Position numbers and translations under genes: made by a program
Notes under the pieces: generated by a model
Seen by the model: the letters and a program-made list of their open reading frames with translations, nothing else
Database searches by the model: none
Told to the model about the DNA's origin: nothing
Assembly (NCBI GenBank): GCA_963842945.1
Contig: CAWJIM010000013.1
Location: 1 to 15,005, forward strand
Direction of reading: 5' to 3'
DNA: 15,005 nt
Source of the DNA: an uncultured Gemmatimonadales bacterium
GTDB lineage: Bacteria > Gemmatimonadota > Gemmatimonadetes > Gemmatimonadales > GWC2-71-9
Part shown: piece after piece, positions 9,336 to 15,005 of the stretch
Layout of the letters: every line of letters starts with the position of its first letter
Position numbering within the stretch: the stretch's first letter is position 1

Positions 9336-10315
9336 CTACTGCGCCAGCTGCAGCGGATCGATCCCCTTGCTCGCATCGAAGGAAGATCCCACCGCGGCCA
9401 CCACCGCCCGCTTGCGATCGAGCGCCGCGAACTCGCGAATACGATAGACCGCTTCGATGCCGGTACAGTGCCCGCCCAGCAAGTAGCCCAGCTGCGCAGC
9501 CTTGAGCCGGCCGGCGGTCCAGGCCACGGCGGAATCACTCGCGGCGAACAGGTGGAGCCCGCCGATCAGGGCGTACACCGGCTCCGGCCCGAGGATTTTG
9601 CGGCCATACTCGACGGTGTTGATGGTGCCGGCGTGGCCGCACCCGACGATCACGACCATCCCCCGATCGGTGTTGACGATCAAGGCCATGTCCTCGGGAA
9701 TGGAGTCGGGAACCAGGCCTCCGCTGGTCACGATGCTGGTGGGCGTCCCCGAAGCCGCTCCGGGTTCGGGCGAGGGACCGGGCCGCTGACCCAGACGCCG
9801 GGGAACAGCTCCACCGGAGTCCGGTGCTCCACGAAGACCGCGCCGGAACTTTCCATACCGGATTTGATGGCGATAGTGGGATTCGCCTCTTGCTCGCTGC
9901 CGGGATGGCGGCGGCTGAGGAAAATCCCCGGAGCCACATGAACCCGGGAGAGCGCCGCCGGTGTCTTGCCGGCCAGCTCTCGCCTGAGGCTAAGCAGGCC
10001 GCCGGTGTGGTCGCCGTGGTGATGACTCAGGACCACATCGGTGACGGTGGATAAGTCGATCCCCAGCTCGCGGGCGTTCTGCAGTACGGTCCCGGGCCGG
10101 TTGCCGGTGTCGAACAGAATGCGGTGGCCGTCGGCTTCCACCAGGGCGGAAAAGCCCCACTCGCCGATACCCGGATCGGCGAGCATGGTCGACAGGATGG
10201 TGACCTTGAGCGACTTGACCCGGTGTCCCGCCCGGCCGGAATCAGTGGGATGAGCGACGGCACCAGTGGTGAGAACGACTCCGATCGCCAGACAGAAGGC
10301 ACGCGAGCTTGGCAT
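9336..10315 (-). CDS. MBL-fold metallo-hydrolase (DHPS-like/MJ0301-type subfamily) with N-terminal signal peptide; one frameshift near 9750
   Basis: GEWGFSALVE, ILFDTG, SHHHGDHTGG (HxHxDH), EDMAL, GCGHAG, IGGLHL and GHCTG motifs lie across ORFs 9728..10582 and 9336..9731. ATG at 10315 is preceded by AAGGA. The N-terminus is hydrophobic (AFCLAIGVVLTTGAVA). Confidence 0.88.
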
Positions 10316-10368
10316 AGGCATCCTTTGTAGCCTTAACCTTACGCCCCGGATTCGCTCCCGGCCATACC

Positions 10369-10439
10369 GGCGGTAAGGCGGTAAGGCGGTAAGGCGGTAA
10401 GGCGGTAAGGCGGTAAGGCGGTAAGGCGGTAAGGCGGTA
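10369..10439. repeat. octanucleotide tandem repeat (GGCGGTAA)x8 plus a 7-nt partial ninth copy
   Basis: Eight perfect copies at 10369-10432, then GGCGGTA at 10433-10439. It lies between the divergent MBL and CHAD-CYTH genes. Confidence 0.97.
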
Positions 10440-10521
10440 CTCGGTTGTCTACGCTTGGAGATCTGGCCGATAGCTGGAGGAGAGGTTATCACTCCCAAGA
10501 ACCGCAGCAGGTTGGTGCCGT

Positions 10522-12081
10522 ATGCAACTACCCCCCGATATCCTCCGACTTCTCGCCAAAGAAGGCGCCCGCCGCCTGGCACTCGAGCACCTCAAGGCCG
10601 CCGCCGCTCTGCGCGACCGGCTGGCCGACCCCGCCGATCCGGAAGGGCTGCACGACTTCCGGGTCGCCATCCGGCGGCTCCGAAGCGCGCTCCGGGCCTA
10701 TGAGCCCGAGATCCGCTCCACCGTCCGCAAAGGGACACTGAGCAAACTCGAGCGAGTGTCCGACGCCACCCGGGAGAGTCGCGACCTGCAGGCCCATCTC
10801 GAGTGGCTGAATGAACAGCGCGAGGACCTGGCGCCGGAGGAACAGCCCGGTCTCGCCTGGCTGATCAGCCGGCTGGAACAGGATCGCCGCCGCGCGTGGG
10901 ACGAGATGACCAAAAAGATCGACGCGACCTTCGCCGGCATGGCCGAGCGGCTGGATGACGAGCTGAAGACGTTTCGGACCCGGATTCGGCTGGACGGCTC
11001 CCGCCGCCGGCAGTCGATGGCCCGGGTGACCTCCGAACGGCTCGCCGACGCGGCCGATCGGCTTCGGGACCGGCTCTCCCGCGTGCACCAGTTCACCGAC
11101 GAGGAGCCGATCCACCGGGCCCGGATCGCCGCCAACGGGTGCGCTACCTGCTGGAGCCGTTCGCCGAGAACTAGACGATGGACCCGGGATCGTTCACCAA
11201 TTGAAGGATCTGCAGGACAGTTTCGGTGACGTACACGACGTGCACGTGTTCACCGGCACGCTGGGCGACGCGCTGGCCGAAGCGACCCGGATCGACATTG
11301 CCGCCAAATCGCCGGACGAGAGCCGCTGGTGCCCGGGCTCTCCGCACTGGAGAAAGCGCTTCGGGACCGCGGGTCGAAGGCGTTTGCCAAAGCACAGGAT
11401 TCCTGGCTGGGCGACAAGTCCGCCGGGTTCTTCCAGTCAGCGGACCGGGTCGGCCAGGCGATCGGCAGCGAAACGAGCCGGGATCAGGAGATCGAGCGGA
11501 AATTCCTGCTGAACGGATTGCCGGCGTTCGACCGGCCCGACTCAGTCGCGGAGATCGAGCAGGGCTACCTGCCGGGTAAGAAGCTGATCGAGCGAATCCG
11601 CCGGGTCCGCTCCGAAGGAAGGGAAGAGTTCCTCCGGACTATTAAGGAAGGGACCGGGATGACGCGACTCGAGGTGGAGGAGCCGGTGCCGGCCGAATTG
11701 TTCGACCAGCTCTGGCCCCTGACCGAAGGACGGCGGCTCCGGAAGCACCGCCACAAGGTGAAGGATGGCAAGCTGACCTGGGAGATCGACGAGTTTCAGG
11801 ACCGGGACCTGGTGCTGGCGGAGGTGGAGCTCGATTCTCCCTCGGCCGAGGTCACCGTACCCGACTGGCTTCGTCCTCATCTGGTGCGGGAGGTTACCGA
11901 CGACTCCAGGTACAGCAACTATCCGGCTGGCCTGCGATTCGGGGAAGGACGAGGAGAGCCCCGCGCCATCGAGTCCCCAGCCAGAGTCCCAGGCCGCTCG
12001 CCGCAGCCAGCGTTACCAGGCGCGCTCCCGCGATCCGGCGAAATTCACCCCGACCCAGCGCAAGTGAGAACACCAGCTTGA
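10522..12081 (+). CDS. CHAD domain + CYTH (triphosphate tunnel metalloenzyme) domain protein; frameshifted in this assembly, 3' end uncertain
   Basis: CHAD motifs LHDFRVAIRRLRS, RDLQ, IHRARIAA[K]RVRYLLE and LKDLQDSFGDVHD. CYTH motifs EIERKFL, IEQGYL, RIR, RLEVE, LRKHR, WEIDEF, LAEVEL and EVTDDSRYSN. Frame shifts near 11135, 11170-11200 and 11320. Recognisable homology ends at about 11925. Confidence 0.85.
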
Positions 12082-13210
12082 GAGCGGTGTTGGAGAGAAC
12101 TCCGATCGCGATCGCCGTGGCGGCCAACTCGAGCGCGAACCCACCACCCATGCGGGTAATCGAGTAAGTCAGCGCATCCACGTCGGTGAGCCCGACGAAC
12201 GCGGCCGAGGCGAGCACACCCGACGATCCCCACAGGTGCTGCACGAAAGGCAGGAGCACCACCACCGTCTGGAAGGCGAGCGCCAGCCGGATCGCGTTCC
12301 CCAGCCGAAGAGGGTTCCGCGCCTGCTCGGCCTTGCCGCGGCCACGCTCGGGAGGGCGGAGGCGGTAGGAGCGGCTTTGCAATTCAGCTGCACAGGCGCG
12401 GATCGGCGGTGGCAGCGCCACCCCCAGCTGCAGTAGGGTCGCGACCAGTCCGACCCGTACCGCCAATACGGTACAGGCCCCCACGACGCCGAGCGCGAGC
12501 CCGCGGCCGAGCTCCGGGTTCTCCTTGCTCCGGCGGGCGAACTGCCAGGTGACCGCGGTGGAGGAGACCAGCCCGCCGAGCAATCCGGTGACGGCATATC
12601 CTCGGCTGGCGCCGAGCCAGCGGCCGATGAGGTATCCGGCGAAGTTGAGCGCGGAGAAGAGCAGCACCACGACCCAGATCGCGCGGGGCTTGATGCTGTC
12701 GTAGGGCCCGTATGGCCCCTCGGGCGGGACCGGAAGGATGACCAGGGCCGAGCGAACTGGAGCGCCGCTCGAAGCTCCCCCTCTCCCAGCCGCTCGATCG
12801 CTCCGTGAATCCGGGTCTTCTCCGCCAGGGCGAGAACCATCACCGCCGCCGGCTGCCGGTGACCGGGGATAGCCCAGGGTTGAGATGGCAGCGATGGCCA
12901 GGACCACCAGGGCGGCGACCTCCGTGGTTCCGTCCACCGTCTCGCTGTGGCGGGTGGTCATGACGTACGCGGCCACCGTCGGAGCGACGCCGCTCCCGAG
13001 GAGAAGCACACCCGGCGCCATCAGGCCACCCTGGATGAGCCAGCCGGCCGAGGCCACCGAGCACTCCCAGCAGGAAAAAGGTCCGGACGCCGGCAAACCG
13101 GGCCTCCGGTCCTCGGGCGTGGCCGGGCCATTCTCGCTCGATGCCGACGGCAAGGCCCGCGAGGGCGGCTCCACGGCCAGACGGCCGGCAACGGCGAGGT
13201 CCAGGGTCAT
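11894..13210 (-). CDS. MgtC/SapB-family N-terminal domain + DUF4010 integral membrane protein; frameshifted in this assembly
   Basis: An alternative frame near 13170-13050 reads AALAGLAVGIEREW...RFAGVRTFFLLG (MgtC motif). Also GTTEVAA, LNFAGY, TGLLGGLVSSTAVT, NPLRLGNA, GLTDVDA and SNTALK, with many TM segments. ATG at 13210, 13 nt after the moaD stop. The true stop may be nearer 11960. Confidence 0.82.
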   Translation of the reverse strand: MTLDLAVAGRLAVEPPSRALPSASSENGPATPEDRRPGLPASGPFSCWECSVASAGWLIQGGLMAPGVLLLGSGVAPTVAAYVMTTRHSETVDGTTEVAALVVLAIAAISTLGYPRSPAAGGGDGSRPGGEDPDSRSDRAAGRGGASSGAPVRSALVILPVPPEGPYGPYDSIKPRAIWVVVLLFSALNFAGYLIGRWLGASRGYAVTGLLGGLVSSTAVTWQFARRSKENPELGRGLALGVVGACTVLAVRVGLVATLLQLGVALPPPIRACAAELQSRSYRLRPPERGRGKAEQARNPLRLGNAIRLALAFQTVVVLLPFVQHLWGSSGVLASAAFVGLTDVDALTYSITRMGGGFALELAATAIAIGVLSNTALKLVFSLALGRGEFRRIAGARLVTLAAASGLGLWLGTRWRGALLVLPRIAGQPDSCCTWSRR

Positions 13211-13223
13211 GCTAGAGGCTAGC

Positions 13224-13499
13224 CTAGCCTCCCGCCACCGCAATCACCACGGTGATCTCGTCGCCCTCGGTCACCGGCGCCTCGAACCCGCCGAGGAACC
13301 GGGTGTCCCGGTCGTTGAGATAGAAGCCGACGAAGGGATAGGGGCCGCCGTGCTCGTCCTTGAGCCGCGGCGCCAGCCGGGGAAACGGGTCGGACACCTG
13401 GGTCACCACCTCTCCCACCGTCGCTCCGTCCGCCTCAAGCGTGCTCTGGCCGTCGGTCAGCCGGCTCAAAATCGTGGGAAGACTGAATGTCACTGGCAT
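13224..13499 (-). CDS. MoaD/ThiS/CysO-family ubiquitin-like sulfur carrier protein
   Basis: 91 aa with a beta-grasp pattern (LPTIL...GATVGEV...FYLNDRDTRFLGG...GDEITVVIAVAGG) and a free C-terminal Gly-Gly. A GGAG RBS lies directly after the upstream gene's stop. Confidence 0.93.
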   Translation of the reverse strand: MPVTFSLPTILSRLTDGQSTLEADGATVGEVVTQVSDPFPRLAPRLKDEHGGPYPFVGFYLNDRDTRFLGGFEAPVTEGDEITVVIAVAGG

Positions 13500-13511
13500 A
13501 GTCCGATCTCC

Positions 13512-14822
13512 TCAGGGTAGGTACGTCTGCTCCACCAGCGCGGTCAATTCCCTCAACCTCGGCGCGATGGTCGGCAGGTTGCGAATGGTGTCGCCCACGA
13601 CGTCCACGGTCTTGAGTCCATTTCCGGTTATGCAGAGCACCACTTCGTCGTCCGAGTTCAGGTGACGGCTCTCCGCCAGCGCCAGAGCCGCCGCGACCGT
13701 CACTCCACCCGCCGTTTCGGTGAACACGCCGCTGGTCTCCGCCAATAGCCGGATCCCCGCGATCAGCTCCTGCATCCGACACCGCCGCGGCCCAGCCACC
13801 GGTCTCCCGAATGGCCCGCGCCGCGAGAAGACCGTCGGCCGGACTGCCGATGGCCAGTGAGCGCGCAATCGTATCGGGGATCACCGGCTGAATCACGTTC
13901 GCCGTGCTCCGCGCACCAATCGCACGATCGGCGCGCACCCCTCGGCCTGCGCTCCGAAGAGGCGAGGAACGTCCCCGCTCCCACCACCCCGGCCTCGAGG
14001 AACTCGGTGAAGCCCTTCCGGACCTTGGTCACCAGTGAGCCGCCTGCCATCGGCGCGATTACCGCCGTCGGCAGACGCCAGCCCAGCTGTTCCGCGATCT
14101 CGAACGCCACGGTCTTCGATCCCTCGCCGTAGTAGCTCCGGAGATTGACATTAACGATGCCCCAGCCGAACCGGTCGGCCGCCTGGGTGCAGAGCCGGGT
14201 TGACGTCGTCGTAGGTGCCGCGGATCCGAACCACAGGGCGGGCGCCGTACACCGCGGTGCCGATGACCTTGGCCGGGCTCGAGATCGTGGGGATGAAGAT
14301 CCAGGCCGGGAGACCGGCGCGGGCCGACTGCGCCGCCACCGCGTTGGCCAGGTTGCCGGTCGAGGCGCAGCCCACGGTGTCCAGGCCGGAGTGCTCGGGC
14401 CGCGTTGAGGGCGACGGCGACTACCCGATCCTTGAAGGAGAGCGAGGGGTGCGACACGGCGTCGTTCTTGAGCCAGACCCGGGCGACGCCGAGCCGATGG
14501 GCGAGTGCGGGCGGACTCGAGCAGCGGAGTGAAGCCGCTGTCGAGCGAGAGCTCCGGCTTCTCCGTCGAGCGGGAGGAACTCGCGATAGCGCCAGAGCGA
14601 GGGTGGTCACGTTGGGCGATGGTCGCGCGGGGGGGGAGCGTGGGCCGTCCGGATAGACCGGCTCCAATGGACCGAGACAGTGCTCGCACACGCGCGATCG
14701 GTGCCGCATCGTACTCTGCGCCGCAGAGGGCGCAGGCGAGCGGCAGGAGTCCGAACGAGGTGTGGTGGAGCTCGGGAGCCGAGAGGCTCGGGAGGTAAGG
14801 CGATTCCGCCGACGGGAGACAC
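13512..14822 (-). CDS. thrC: threonine synthase-like PLP-dependent (fold type II) enzyme with N-terminal Zn-ribbon; multiple frameshifts in this assembly
   Basis: Stitched frames give CALC...CEHC, LWRYREFLP, GFTPL, PSLSFKDR (PLP lysine), CASTGNLANAVAA, YYGEGSKTVAFEIAEQLGW, PMAGGSL, IARSLAIGSPADG, ETAGGVT and ITGNGLK. Probable GTG start at 14822 behind GGAAAGGA. TGA stop at 13512-13514. Confidence 0.88.
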
Positions 14823-14865
14823 GGTTTCCTTTCCGCCCGCATCGCCGGATGTCCGGTTGGCCCGG

Positions 14866-14900
14866 AAGAAAAAATCCCGGTGCCAGAAAGACACGCGGGA
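14866..14900 (-). terminator. intrinsic terminator in the thrC-like leader (riboswitch expression platform)
   Basis: The minus strand reads TCCCG-C-GTGTC-TTTCT-GGCAC-CGGGA-TTTTTTCTT: a 10-bp stem with one bulge and one G-U pair, followed by a U-tract. Confidence 0.75.
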
Positions 14901-14905
14901 CGCGA

Positions 14906-14956
14906 GGCCTTTTAGCAGTTGTTTAACGTGGCTGCAATAGGCCGCAACTCACCACG
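14906..14956 (-). ncRNA. SAM-II (SAM-alpha type) riboswitch aptamer
   Basis: The minus strand reads CGTGGTGAGTTGCGGCCTATTGCAGCCACGTTAAACAACTGCTAAAAGGCC. It has the SAM-II hallmarks TTGCAGCCACG, TAAA and GCTAAA, the P1 stem CGTGGT/GCCACG, and pseudoknot pairings AGTTG/CAACT and GGCCT/AGGCC. Confidence 0.88.
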
Positions 14957-14975
14957 AAGGAGCAGTTGTACGGCT

Positions 14976-15004
14976 ACGATAGGACTAATCTCTTCCCAGC
15001 GCAA
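14976..15004 (-). promoter_or_regulatory. putative sigma70-type promoter for the riboswitch-thrC-like-moaD operon
   Basis: TTGCGC (15004-14999), a 17-nt spacer, then TATCGT (14981-14976). This predicts a start site near 14969, just upstream of the aptamer. Confidence 0.6.
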
Positions 15005-15005
15005 G

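Noticed and set aside
10369..10439. CRISPR array, or coding LTALPPYR repeat in ORF 9728..10582
   Set aside because: The 8-bp units are contiguous with no spacers and no cas genes nearby. The peptide repeat is only an upstream in-frame extension of the MBL ORF, whose likely start is 10315.
11894..12081. A genuine ~190-bp convergent overlap between CYTH and DUF4010 genes
   Set aside because: Homology of both proteins ends around 11925-11970 and the region is indel-prone, so the true stops cannot be placed.
13224..13499. Molybdopterin or thiamine biosynthesis role (moaD/thiS) for the carrier
   Set aside because: No moaA/moaE/thiG neighbours and no Moco or TPP riboswitch are in the window. The context points to sulfur amino-acid metabolism, so no gene symbol was assigned.
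14607..14894. GTG at 14894 as the thrC-like start or as a leader peptide
   Set aside because: It lies inside the terminator stem, is too far from the AAAAGG at the aptamer end, and runs through the U-tract. The in-frame GTG at 14822 has a better RBS.

Overview
GC-rich bacterial window. The gene content (two Hanks-type Ser/Thr kinases with PD40-propeller or TolB-N-like/TPR tails, plus a BTAD/SARP regulator) resembles Gemmatimonadota; this assignment is inference. Left to right: a small dimeric alpha/beta-barrel-like gene; a membrane Ser/Thr kinase with a beta-propeller; a BTAD/SARP regulator divergent from a lipoprotein + aldehyde dehydrogenase unit, with three 11-bp-phased TCTGA(C/T) repeats in the shared promoter; a second Ser/Thr kinase with TPRs; an exported MBL-fold hydrolase; a (GGCGGTAA)n tandem repeat; a CHAD-CYTH protein; and a minus-strand operon of threonine-synthase-like enzyme, MoaD/ThiS-like sulfur carrier and MgtC/DUF4010 membrane protein. 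The best find is upstream of that operon: a sigma70-like promoter, a well-formed SAM-II riboswitch and an intrinsic terminator. This suggests the ThrC-like enzyme and its ubiquitin-like partner make a sulfur amino acid (homocysteine/cysteine) through a protein thiocarboxylate instead of threonine. Beyond about 8.3 kb nearly all genes carry frameshifts that look like long-read assembly errors, so coordinates there are approximate.
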